A stretch of 64,000 nt of DNA from Octopus sinensis (taxonomy: Eukaryota), in NCBI RefSeq assembly GCF_006345805.1, contig NC_043011.1, forward strand, positions 24,068,464 to 24,132,463, given 5' to 3'. This document shows, one piece after another, positions 13,201 to 24,353 of this stretch. The position numbers and the translations under genes were made by a program. The notes below the pieces were generated by a model that was given only the letters and a program-made list of their open reading frames with translations, had not been told where the DNA came from and did not search any database. Positions within the stretch are counted from its first letter, which is position 1. The number at the start of each line of letters is the position of its first letter.

Positions 13201-14195
13201 CATATAAATCATGCAAAATATACATATACAAATCCAATTTGAAAATTTTTTATAATAATCTCTAAAATTTGCCTGTGGAGTGGTTATATAAGTTAGCAGC
13301 TGTTTTCCTGCAGAGAATATCCCTCTGATATTATACCTTTGAGTTCCTATCTATTTTTAATCTACTGTTGCCACAGTATCTACTTGATGCGAAAGAACAC
13401 CCAACCACAAAACCCCCAACTCTTCTAATTTATATCTGTTATTACTATTATATTGATTTTTCGGTAAAATTTTGTAGCAAGTTCCACCACCCATCCCTGC
13501 CATCACATTAGTCAATGCCAGCAATTTTGTTGCTAGTTGAAAGTTAGTTGAAGATTTTGCACATTATGATATTGCAGCTTTTTTTTTTTTTTTAAGCAAA
13601 CCACTATACTAAATTAACTTTAACAGAATTAAAAATGCTTCAAGGAACAGGAATGCAACAGGGGTGTAGCTTTTGCAAGTGAAAATATTGTTATATTCAT
13701 TGAAAGCTCTCTAAATCATATGTATGACACTATGGACATAGCAAGGAAAGCACATGGAAAGATTGAATAACGTAAACGTATTGATACATCAGGAAAATTA
13801 CACCAACTTGAAAGATTTCCAATTTGTAATCATGGCCACATGGTGAGATCATATAAAAAAAATTCTACTTTTATAAAATAATTGAAGACAAATTTATAGC
13901 AGCAGATATAAAATATAACCTACATTTGAACTAGTCAAAAGCTAAATCTCAGAGTTTTGAAAACCTTAAATACTTTTGTATCTAATATAGAAAGAAATTA
14001 TATTTCAGACATTTTATCAGCTTGTTATGTTCTGAAAGAAGACATACTAAAAGGGAGAATAACGTTTTTACAATCTTGATTTTTATTTCCTGTATGATTT
14101 TCAAACAAAATGTGATATTTACCATAAAACTTTAAAATGATCAAATTCAATACAGAAAATTATTTACAGTGCTGTAAGATTTCTCTCACAGTTAA

Positions 14196-14419
14196 TATGT
14201 ATACATATACATATATATACATATATATACATATACATGTATCTATATCGATATAAACATACATACGTGTATGTATATAGGTATATACATATACGTATGT
14301 ATATAGATATATACATACATATAATATATATATATACATATATAAATACATATATATGTATATGTGTGTGCGTATACATGTATGAGCATGTTTTATGTGT
14401 GTGTATGTATATATATGTG

Positions 14420-14450
<31 letters not shown>

Positions 14451-14600
14451 GTCTTATGTGAAAACATACTCCCTTATTTGTTGTATCTTTCCTTACACTT
14501 GCACCCTTGTATGTCCATGTGTGAGTGTATGCACTTTTGTGTGTGTGCGCGTGTTGTGTATTTGTGTATGTATATCCTTGTGTGTTGAGTGTATGCATTT
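14196..14600. repeat. Degenerate (TA)n/(CA)n/(TG)n microsatellite
   Basis: Directly visible; the source of Y/I/C/V-rich spurious ORFs. Confidence 0.95.
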
Positions 14601-15230
14601 TTTTTTTGTATCACTTGTAAATTTATAAGAATTTTCTCCTTCATATAATCGTTTTTTGTTCCTATTCTTTTGTGATTGTCTACCCTACCCCAGGCTAGGT
14701 TTTGAATAAGGTTTTATTCTTGAATACACCGAACACTCCTGTCTCTGATCAATGCTTTTTCATTAAGTTCTCTTTGGTTTTTTCTGTTTGTATGTACATT
14801 TTTACCTGAATTTGGTACCTTTTTCCAACATCGTCTTGTCTATCACCTTTAGCCTCTTGTAATAAATATATTTTTTTTCGTTTTTCAATATTAATACGAA
14901 TACGTATAACTCTCTATGGCGCTTTTCTTCTAGTGTACCTGTTGCATTATATTATATTCTACTATACATACATGGCCTTGTTTACATTATACTTTGTCTC
15001 GACCTGTTACTATTTCTTAAAACATATCCGTTAGATTTTTATTTTTATGTTATAAAACTTTGATATGTCTGTCTTTTTTCTCTTTCGTCTCCCTCTCAAT
15101 ATTATATTTTACTGCTACTTTTCCCTTTTTACAACTTGTTTGAAAATATCCGACTTTTCCCTATTTTTCCATCTTTATTCTCCCTTACTGTATTTTATTA
15201 AACCTTTTTTTGATGTCCTACCAAAAATTC

Positions 15231-15309
15231 CTCATACTGATGAGAATGACAATCCATAAATTTAATTATAATTACATATTTGTATTGTCTTTTGAAACAT
15301 ATGTATTGA
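15231..15309 (+). ncRNA. Decayed type I hammerhead ribozyme motif (Penelope-like-element type)
   Basis: CTGATGA at 15237-15243; stem II GAATGACAAT/ATTGTCTTTT pairs 9 of 10 including a G-U; GAAAC at 15294-15298; palindromic stem III ACATATGT; GTA cleavage triplet at 15303-15305; imperfect stem I TCATA/TTGA. Confidence 0.6.
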
Positions 15310-15407
15310 ATCCAATTTTGTACTAAATCTGATCTTGATTCAACATCTTTTTCTTCCCCATTTTATATTTTATGGTATATTTATATCTATAACACAATTT
15401 TTCAAAA

Positions 15408-15689
15408 ATATACATATATAGATACATGCATATACATATATACATACATATACATATATAAATATATGTAAGTACATATATATACACATACATATATACA
15501 CACATACATATATACATACACACACACATATATATATATACACATACATAATATATATATACACATACATAATATATATACACATACATAATATATATAT
15601 ACACATACATAATATATATATACACAAACATAATATATATATACACAAACATAATATATATACACATACATATATATATATACACATAC

Positions 15690-15731
<42 letters not shown>

Positions 15732-15840
15732 GATATAAATATATATATGCATATATATATATATACATAGATATATACATACACACACATATATATATAT
15801 AAATATGCATATATATATATATATACATAGATATATACAT

Positions 15841-15895
<55 letters not shown>

Positions 15896-15935
15896 GATAG
15901 ATAGATATATATATACACACACATTATATATATAT
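15408..15935. repeat. Long degenerate (TA)n/(CA)n microsatellite with ~20 bp higher-order repeat (ACACATACATAATATATAT)
   Basis: Directly visible. Confidence 0.97.
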
Positions 15936-18224
15936 GTATTTAAAACAAAGTCAATGTAGTCACATTCCTAATGGAAGATGATTACAATGATGATATGATT
16001 CAAGTCCATTAAAGATATTTTCATTAAAACCATTTTTATTTGAAACAGATCTTGGACTTATTTTTCTTATTGAAAGACATACTAAATATGACAAGTTGAA
16101 ATATGAAGAATGTATATATGCAAACTCTATAAATATGTATACATATGTGTGAAATAATCTAAGATTTTCATCTATGATAAAGAAGGAAAAAAAAGGAGTA
16201 ATCAATGTACACTTATTCTAACAATATTTAGGAAAGATGTATTTGTAAACATTTCTTATTTGCAAGAAAATTTTTTAAATGCAAAAAAAAATATATATAT
16301 ATAAATATATAAAATAAATTATATTTCAGAAGCTTGAACTGGAAAACTTACCTTCAGGCAAAGAACGTATTTCATTCAAAGAATTTAAAAAAAGAATATT
16401 CAACTAGATTTAGATAGCAATTAGCTTATATCTGTTCAAGTTTATGCCTGAGTGGTTTTCTTTGATCTTCCAGTGCTAGACTTTGATATACCTTTTTAAT
16501 CCAAAATTTAATATACACACACTCGTACATATATACACATACACGCATAAGCATATATATATACAATACACACATATATGCATACATACACATATATGCA
16601 CACACATACATATGCTTATACACAAATAGAAATGCATTATTCATGGCTGAATTTAGCCAAATATACCACCAGATAATGTTCTTGTGCATGCATGCATATG
16701 TGTATTTATGAGAAAAACACATTTTTTTTTCAAAATAGTAAATATTTTTATGTAATTGCTCCCAGACAAATCAAATTACCCTCTTTTGCTGAATCTCTCT
16801 CATTGACAATAGGTACCATTCCTATTTCATGGTTGAGGAGTTAGCAAAAGCAGTAAAGAAGGCATCCCCTGATAAATGTTCCTGTAAATCTTTTAACTTA
16901 TTAGAGCTTACCTAATTTATTGTAGCATGGGGACAGAGAGCGATAAAAAAAAAGATTGCAAAGCAGCATTTGTAAATATATGACTGATATAAGTCTTTAT
17001 ATATGTGATTCAAAAGTCTCATTAATATAATTAACAGGCTGCCAACAAGGTCTGATGAACTCATGTCTCTCTATTGACTGCTGTGGACCAGAGATTCCAG
17101 GAAAACAAACTACAGCCCTCTGTCCATAATGTCTGCTGTATGAACTGCCCCAGATAGTTGAACTGGTTTGTCCAGGTCTACATGGACAACTGAACAGCAT
17201 TATTCTTACATTGTGCCACTTTTATTTAGGACAATGAATATTCTCTCATTTTTTGATAATGACAAGAAACATAAATGTAAGCACCATGTGAAGTAGAGAA
17301 TTGGGTGACAATCTATCATCTGTTACATTAGCCAAAGTGGAATAGTGACACCACCATACTGATTACAAAAGAAGGGGCACAATAAGCTGCTTTGGAGAGT
17401 TAATTTCTGGTACTGAGTTATTCTTAGGACAGAAATAGACAATATCACTGATATAGTTGAAGTGAATGAAGAAATCAATTGGCATTTCATTCCAATGTTT
17501 ATAAATGTATAGTGATTTTACTTCAAAGTAAAGGCTGTGTTATAAATGATATAAAGATTACCTATAACATTGAAGCCACTAGTAGTCCCTTTAAAAGCAA
17601 TGCAACATATATATTAGAGTTTACAAAATGTCAGTTAACTTTCTTTGACCTTTCAATAGGATCTGAAATTTACATTACTTATGCAACAGGATGATCTGAT
17701 AAGTATGAACATTAACGGTATAGATAAGGCTAAATAATATAAACATTAGATAACATGTAACTGTAAAATTATTTAACATATAATTTCATACATTTAAAAG
17801 TGTATTTATATATTCATCGTTTTGCTAGAGTTAGCTGTTCATACTAAATGTTAAGCCAGCATGTAAAAGAGAAGGAAAATATATACAGGATAAATTTTTT
17901 AGATGTTTATCAATTCACATTATACATAATTTCTTTGAGAGATTAATAGGAAAATAATGGAAATATATATAGGTATGATAACTGTGCTTATGCAGTTAAA
18001 ATTATACAAGAGTAGGCAATAAAAACCAAACATCAGTCTTTTTTCAACAGATTTTACTCGAGATAGAGGATACTGAGTAAAAGATTTTGATTTGTTTACA
18101 GAAACAAGTTAGAATTGATTTTATACATATTCAGAAAGTTATACTTATGCAACATTAAAATTTTTCTCGAGTTAAAATTTTTCAAGTTAATTTCCTCTAT
18201 AAAAGAGAAACAAATGATGTTATA

Positions 18225-18261
<37 letters not shown>

Positions 18262-18265
<4 letters not shown>

Positions 18266-18494
18266 TTTTGGCTAGGTTGATTCTAAGGCCCTTCGATTCT
18301 AATCCTTGTTTCCACACCTGAAACTTCTCCTCCAGTTCTGATAGTGACTCAGCAATTAGAGCAAGGTCATCAGCATATAGGAGCTCCCAGGGGCATCCTG
18401 TCTTAATTCTTCCGTTATTGCCTGGAGGACTATGATAAATAGGAGGGGGCTGAGGACTGAACCTTGGTGGACCCCAACCTCTACCCGGAATTCT
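18262..18494 (-). mobile_element. Inverted duplicate of RTE RT segment 18505-18738 (left arm of fold-back)
   Basis: Reverse complement of 18505-18738 with a single 1-nt indel seen (AATTAAG vs AATTTAAG). It abuts (TA)n on the left. Confidence 0.97.
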
Positions 18495-18496
18495 AG

Positions 18497-19571
18497 TACA
18501 GTGAAGAATTCCGGGTAGAGGTTGGGGTCCACCAAGGTTCAGTCCTCAGCCCCCTCCTATTTATCATAGTCCTCCAGGCAATAACGGAAGAATTTAAGAC
18601 AGGATGCCCCTGGGAGCTCCTATATGCTGATGACCTTGCTCTAATTGCTGAGTCACTATCAGAACTGGAGGAGAAGTTTCAGGTGTGGAAACAAGGATTA
18701 GAATCGAAGGGCCTTAGAATCAACCTAGCCAAAACCAAAGTCCTAATAAGTAGGAAGGTGGACCAACCACAAACGACTTCAGGTAGATGGCCCTGCTCGA
18801 TCTGTAAAAAAGGTGTAGGTAGAAACTCTATAAGGTGCACCAAGTGTAAGCTATGGACACATAAGAGGTGCAGCAATGTCAAAGGAAGGCTAACTAAGAA
18901 AATAGTTTTTGTCTGTGGCAGATGCTCAGGAGAAATAAACACTGGAAATGTGCAGAGACCAACTTCTACCACGTTCCAGGGAGACAAACTAGAAGTAGTT
19001 GATAGCTTCCGCTACCTAGGAGACCAAGTCAGTAGCGGGGGTGGGTGTGCCGAAAGTGTAACTGCTAGAGTAAGAATAGCCTGGGCAAAGTTTAGAGAGC
19101 TCTTACCCCTGCTGGTGACAAAAGGCCTCTCGCTAAGAGTAAAAGGCAGACTATATGATGCGTGTGTACGTACAGCCATGCTACATGGTAGTGAAACATG
19201 GGCCGTGACAGCTGAGGATATGCGTAAGCTTGCAAGAATGAAGCCATGCTCCGATGGATGTGTAATGTCAGTGTTCATAATCGTCAGAGTGTAAGTACTT
19301 TGAGAGAAAAGTTGAACCTAAGAGTGTCAGTTGTGGTGTGCAAGAGAGACGGCTGCGCTGGTATGGTCATGTGATGAGAATGGCTGAAGATAGTTGTGTG
19401 CAAAAGTGCTACACCCTAGCAGTTGAGGGAACCTGTGGAAGAGGTAGACCCAGGAAAACCTGGGACGAGGTGGTGAAGCACGACCTTCGAACTTTAGGTC
19501 TCACCAAGGAAATGACTGAAGACCGAGTCCTATGGAAGTGTGCTGTGCATGAGAGGACCCGGCAGGACTAG
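18497..19571 (+). pseudogene. RTE-clade LINE reverse transcriptase ORF, 5'-truncated, with an internal PHD-type finger; small frameshifts near 19240 and 19322
   Basis: One open frame from 18497 reads YSEEFRVEVGVHQGSVLSPLLF, LLYADDL (YADD at 18623-18634), GLRINLAKTK, a C4HC3 finger, FRYLG and AMLHGSETW. It continues RRLRWYGHV, GRGRPRKTW, TRQD* with the stop at 19569-19571. Confidence 0.95.
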
Positions 19572-22500
19572 TCAGGCCATATCCCATGGCCCCTACCTGG
19601 GACGTAGTCGATCCACCTGTGCATACCTCCCTTCTTGTGACACTTGTGAAGACCTGCTGAGGCAAGTGAAAATCAATCAAAATAGATGAACATCAATGGA
19701 ATTTGTATCTTTGTGGTACCAGTGCCTGTGGCACACAAGAAAACCATCCGAACGTGGCCGTAGCCAGTACCGCATCGACTGGCCTCCGTGCTGTGGGAAC
19801 ATGGTGGCACATAAAACACACCATCCGAAGACCCGGCAAGACTAGTCAGGTCATACCCGTGGGCCCTACCTGGGACGTAGTCAGTCCACCTGTACATACC
19901 TTCCTTCTTGTGACACTTGTGAAGACCTGCTGAGGCAAGTGAAAATCAAATCAAATCAAAACAAATCAAAATAGATGAACATCAATGGAATTTCTATCCT
20001 TGTGGTACCAGTGCCGGTGGCACACAAGAATCCATCCGAACGTGGCCGTAGTCAGTACCGCCTGTGGTACCAGTGCCGGTGGCACACAAGAATCCATCCG
20101 AACGTGGCCGTAGTCAGTACCGCTTGTGGTACCAGTGCCGGTGGCACACAAGAATCCATCCGAACGTGGCCGTAATCAGTACCGCATCACTCGCCATCGT
20201 GCTGTGGGCACATAACAAACACCATCCGGTCGTGGCCGTTCGCCAGCCTCATCTAGCACCTGTGTCGGTGGCACATAAAAAGTAGTCAGTACCGCTTGTG
20301 GTACCAGTGCCGGTGGCACACAAGAATCCATCCGAACATGGCCGTAGTCAGTACCGCATCACTGGCCATCGTGCTGTGGGCACATAACAAACACCATCCG
20401 GTCGTGGCCATTCGCCAGCCTCATCTAGCACCTGTGTCGGTGGCACATAAAAAACACCTTCCGAAGACCCGGCAAGACTAGTCAGGCCATAAACCATGGC
20501 CCCTACATGGGACGTAGTCAGTCCACCTGTGCATACCTTCCTCCATGTGATACTTGTGAAGGCCTGTTGAGGCAAGTGAAAATCAAAATCAAATCAAAAC
20601 AAATCAAAATAGATGAACATCAATGGAATTTGTATCTTGTGGTACCAGTGCCGGTGGCACACAAGAGAAAACCATCCGAAAGTGGCCGTAGCCAGTACCG
20701 CATCGACTGGCCTCCGTGCTGTGGGCACACGACAAACACCATCCGATCGTGGCCGTTCGCCAGCCTCATCTAGCACCTGTGTCGGTGGCACATAAAAACA
20801 CCATCCGAAGACCGGCAAGACTAGTCAGGCCATAACCCATGGCCCCTACCTGGGACGTAGTCAGTCCACCTGTGCATACCTTCCTTCTTGTGACACTTGT
20901 GAAGACCTGTTGAGGCAAGTGAAAATCAATCAAAACAAATCAAAATAGATGAACATCAATGGAATCTGTATCTTTGTGGTACCAGTGCGGTGGCACACAC
21001 TTTGTGGTACCAGTGCCGGTGGCACACAAGAGAACCATCCGAATGTGGCCGTAGCCAGTTCCGCATCGACCGGCCTCCGTGCTGTGGGCATGTAACAAAC
21101 ACCATCCGATCATGGCCGTTCGCCAGCCTCATCTCATCTGGCACCTGTGTCGGTGGCACATAAAAAACACTTCCGAAGACCGGCAAGACTAGTCAGTCCA
21201 CCTGTGCATACCTTCCTTCTTGTGACACTTGTGAAGACCGGTTGAGGCAAGTGAAAATCAAAATCAAATCAAAATAGACAAAATAGATGAACATCAATGG
21301 AATTTGTATCTTGTGGTACCAGTGCCTGTGGCACACAAGAATCCATCAGTGCCGTAGTCAGTGCGGTGGGCACATGACAAACACCATCCGATCGTGGCCG
21401 TTCGCCAGCCTCATCTAGCACCTGTGTCGGTGGCACATAAAAAACACCATCCGAAGACCCGGCAAGACTAGTCAGGCCATAACCCATGGCCCCTACCTGG
21501 GACGTAGTCAGTCCACCTGTGCATACCTTCCTTCTTGTGACACTTGTGAAGACCTGTTGAGACAAGTGAAAATCAAAACAAATCAAAATCGATGAACATC
21601 AATGGAATTTGTATCTTTGTGGTACCAGTGTCGGTGGCACGTGGCACATAAGAAAACCATCCGAACGTGGCCGTAGCCAGTACCGCATCGACTGGCCTCC
21701 GTGCTGTGGGCACGTAACAAGCACCATCCGATCGTGGCCGTTTGCCAGCCTCATCTGGCACCTGTGTCGGTGGCACATAAAAAACACCATCCGAGCGTGG
21801 CCGTCTGCCAGCCTCGTCTGGCACCTGTGTCGGTGGCACATAAAAAACACCATCCGAGCGTGGCCGTCTGCCAGCCTCGTCTGGCACCTGTGTCGGTGGC
21901 ACATAAAAAACACCATCCGAAGACCCGGCAAGACTAGTCAGGCCATAACCCATGGCCCCTACCTGGGACGTAGTCAGTCCACCTGTGCATACCTTCCTTC
22001 TTGTGACACTTGTGAAGACCTGTTGAGACAAGTGAAAATCAAAACAAATCAAAATCGATGAACATCAATGGAATTTGTATCTTTGTGGTACCAGTGTCGG
22101 TGGCACGTGGCACATAAGAAAACCATCCGAACGTGGCCGTAGCCAGTACCGCATCGACTGGCCTCCGTGCTGTGGGCACGTAACAAGCACCATCCGATCG
22201 TGGCCGTTTGCCAGCCTCATCTGGCACCTGTGTCGGTGGCACATAAAAAACACCATCCGAGCGTGGCCGTCTGCCAGCCTCGTCTGGCACCTGTGTCGGT
22301 GGCACATAAAAACACCATCCGAGCGTGGCCGTCTGCCAGCCTCGTCTGGCACCTGTGTCGGTGGCACATAAAAAACACCATCCGAGCGTGGCCGTCTGCC
22401 AGCCTCGTCTGGCACCTGTGTCGGTGGCACATAAAAAACACCATCCGAGCGTGGCTGTTTGCCAGCCTCGTCTGGCACCTGTGTCGGTGGCACATAAAAT
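19556..22500 (+). repeat. Hierarchical tandem array in the RTE 3' UTR: 7 higher-order units built from ~30 modules of 62-67 nt
   Basis: The unit marker GACC(C)GGCA(A/G)GACTAGTCAG starts at 19556, 19830, 20466, 20810, 21178, 21456 and 21922. The module core GGTGGCACAYAAAAAACACCATCCGANCGTGGCCGT recurs about 30 times. Confidence 0.97.
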
Positions 22501-22675
22501 CACCCACTACATTCTCGGAGTGGTTGGCGTTAGGAAGGGCATCCAGCTGTAGAAACACTGCCAGATCTGACTGGACTGGTGCAGCTTTCGGGCTCCCCAG
22601 ACCCCAGTTGAACCGTCCAACCCATGCTAGCATGGAAAGCGGACGTTAAATGATGATGATGATGATGATGATGAT
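22501..22675 (+). mobile_element. Conserved RTE 3' terminus with CCATGCTAGCATGG palindrome and (GAT)n tail
   Basis: GAGTGGTTGGCGTTAGGAAGGGCATCCAGCTGTAGAAA..CCATGCTAGCATGG..TTAAA(TGA)n is shared with the copies ending at 10572, 35915, 36157 and 62465. Confidence 0.93.
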
Positions 22676-22814
22676 ATATATATATAAATTCATACAGAAA
22701 TTTCATATTTCCAAAATAATTCAACTGCTTAGCATCAAATTTCCAGTTGAAAGTTTAAAAAAAAAAATTTTTAAGTTATAAGAATATACATAATGTGCAA
22801 AAATATTTCCCACA

Positions 22815-23152
22815 ATTGTGTAGTAAGAAGTTTGCTTCCTAACTACATGGTTCCAGGTTCAATCCCACTGTGTGGCACTTTGGGCAAGTGTCTTCCACTA
22901 TAATCCCAGACTGACTGAAATGTTGTGAGTGGATATGGTAGACGGAAACTGAAAGAAGCTCATTGTGTGTGTATCCCACCATCGCTTGACAACTGGCGTT
23001 GGTGTGTTTACATCTCTATAACTTAGTGTTTCAGCAAAAGAAACTGATAGAGTAAGTACCAGGCTTACAAAAAAAGTACTGGGGTCAATTCATTCAACTA
23101 AAAATTCTTCAAGATGGTACCCCAGCATGACTGAAACAAGTAAAAGATAAAG
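22815..23152 (+). mobile_element. Family A tRNA-derived SINE
   Basis: GTAAGAAGTTTGCTT..GGTTCAATCCCACTG, GGTAGACGGAAACTGAAAGAAGC, CATCGCTTGACAAC and a TGACTGAAACAAGTAAAAG tail. Confidence 0.85.
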
Positions 23153-23699
23153 AAAATATATCTTTCTGTTTACAAGGTATTCCTCTAGAAGAAAAAAAAA
23201 ACAGACAAAAATACATCCAGTACAAAAGGTTGAACAAGCTTATTTGAAAGCACTGAAGGTAAATTTATATGTTATAAGTAAAACTTGAAACTTGTTTTCC
23301 TTACAAGTTTTTAATGAAATATGGACTACACATAACATTTCCATATTTCAGACACATTGTAGTCGTTCCCATTACAAGCATTCCAATAGGGCAATTTGCT
23401 GTATACCTCTGGTCAGTCCTGTGCATGAGGGAGACAACAGCTAGATGTGGTGATAGTGAAACTATGATGGTTGAACAACAGGCCCAGAAAGCTTGGAATA
23501 AAAGGGTGCAAGTGAAATATCAAGCAGGAAGCAAGATCTCAAATATACTTAAGCAAAAGAGATTTGCAAATATTCTACACTGTGAGGATTAGTAACAGGA
23601 AATATTCTGAAATGCAAAGCAGTATATTTATATGAATTGAGGAGAAGTGTGTATAGATGCTCTTGATTTCTATGGTAGTGGAAAGAAGGAAACATGAAA

Positions 23700-24280
23700 G
23701 TGCTACTATAAGCTGGTGACAAAAGAATGAGTGAGGTAGCAAAGGACTGCTCAGGGTTGATCCAGCTGAGGTTAACATCAGGATAGTAAGGCTATTAAGA
23801 GGAATGAAAACAGGAAGTGCTGCACCTTAACTAGTGATGATAGCTGATATGAAGAAGATATAATTCAATTTGTGTCAAATGTTAGCTATTCACTAAAATA
23901 AGTAGTGCAGGAAGATGCTATCTCCTCTGTCTTGTATAGTAATACCAATTGGTACAAAGTAAGAGAGATGCAATGGACAGGGCAATCAGAGATGGCTCAC
24001 AGAATTTTTACAAAGCTAGTTAAGAATGTGAGTCTGGATAAGATGCTGTTTAGGCTTGAGTTAGAAAACAAAACTACAAATGTCATATTTCCAGTTGAGA
24101 TACTGACTGAGATCATATACAAAGATTCAAGGAGCTGGAGTGAGTTTAGTTAAGAATTCAATATGCAAGTGGGTGTCCATCAGAGAGAGTACAGTCCTCA
24201 GTCCCTTTATTTTTTGAGGCCATAACAAAAATTCAAAACTAGTTGAACTCAAAAACTTATGTTGATAACCTAGTTGCCAT
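23700..24280 (+). mobile_element. Highly degenerate, internally deleted RTE RT remnant
   Basis: AAGGCTATTAAG..ATGAAAACAGGA (KAIK-MKTG), GATGCTATC (DAI) and GTGGGTGTCCATCAG..GTCCTCAGTCCC (VGVHQ..VLSP) are colinear with the copy at 33955. Confidence 0.55.
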
Positions 24281-24353
24281 TACTTGACTTGCTGGGAATA
24301 TCAGACAAATATCAATTAAAAATCCATCTCTCTTCAAATGTTATATCCTAGAT

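Noticed and set aside
14160-15924. Long Y/I/C/V/M-rich ORFs (up to 199 aa)
   Set aside because: They are translations of TA/CA/TG microsatellites. The same applies to the ER/SL-rich ORFs at 4650, 7793, 12898, 51405 and 58164.
16997-17221. Natural-looking 67-aa minus-strand ORF (MLFSCPCRPGQ...)
   Set aside because: An in-frame stop lies 8 codons upstream, there is no good splice acceptor, the other frames are closed and no homology was recognised.
19640-19675. Hammerhead core in the array leader (GTGAAGA..CTGAGG..GAAA)
   Set aside because: There is no CTGANGA followed by a paired stem II and GAAA on either strand. Other ribozyme classes could not be tested by eye.
19720-22500. CRISPR array (conserved ~36-nt hairpin repeat with ~30-nt spacers next to an RT)
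   Set aside because: Spacers fall into about three recurring classes rather than being unique, the repeats are degenerate, there are no cas genes, and the array is embedded in a eukaryotic LINE 3' UTR.
19673-22724. Many overlapping 60-160 aa ORFs on both strands
   Set aside because: They are by-products of a GC-rich tandem array with frequent frame-breaking indels between units, and no domain was recognised.
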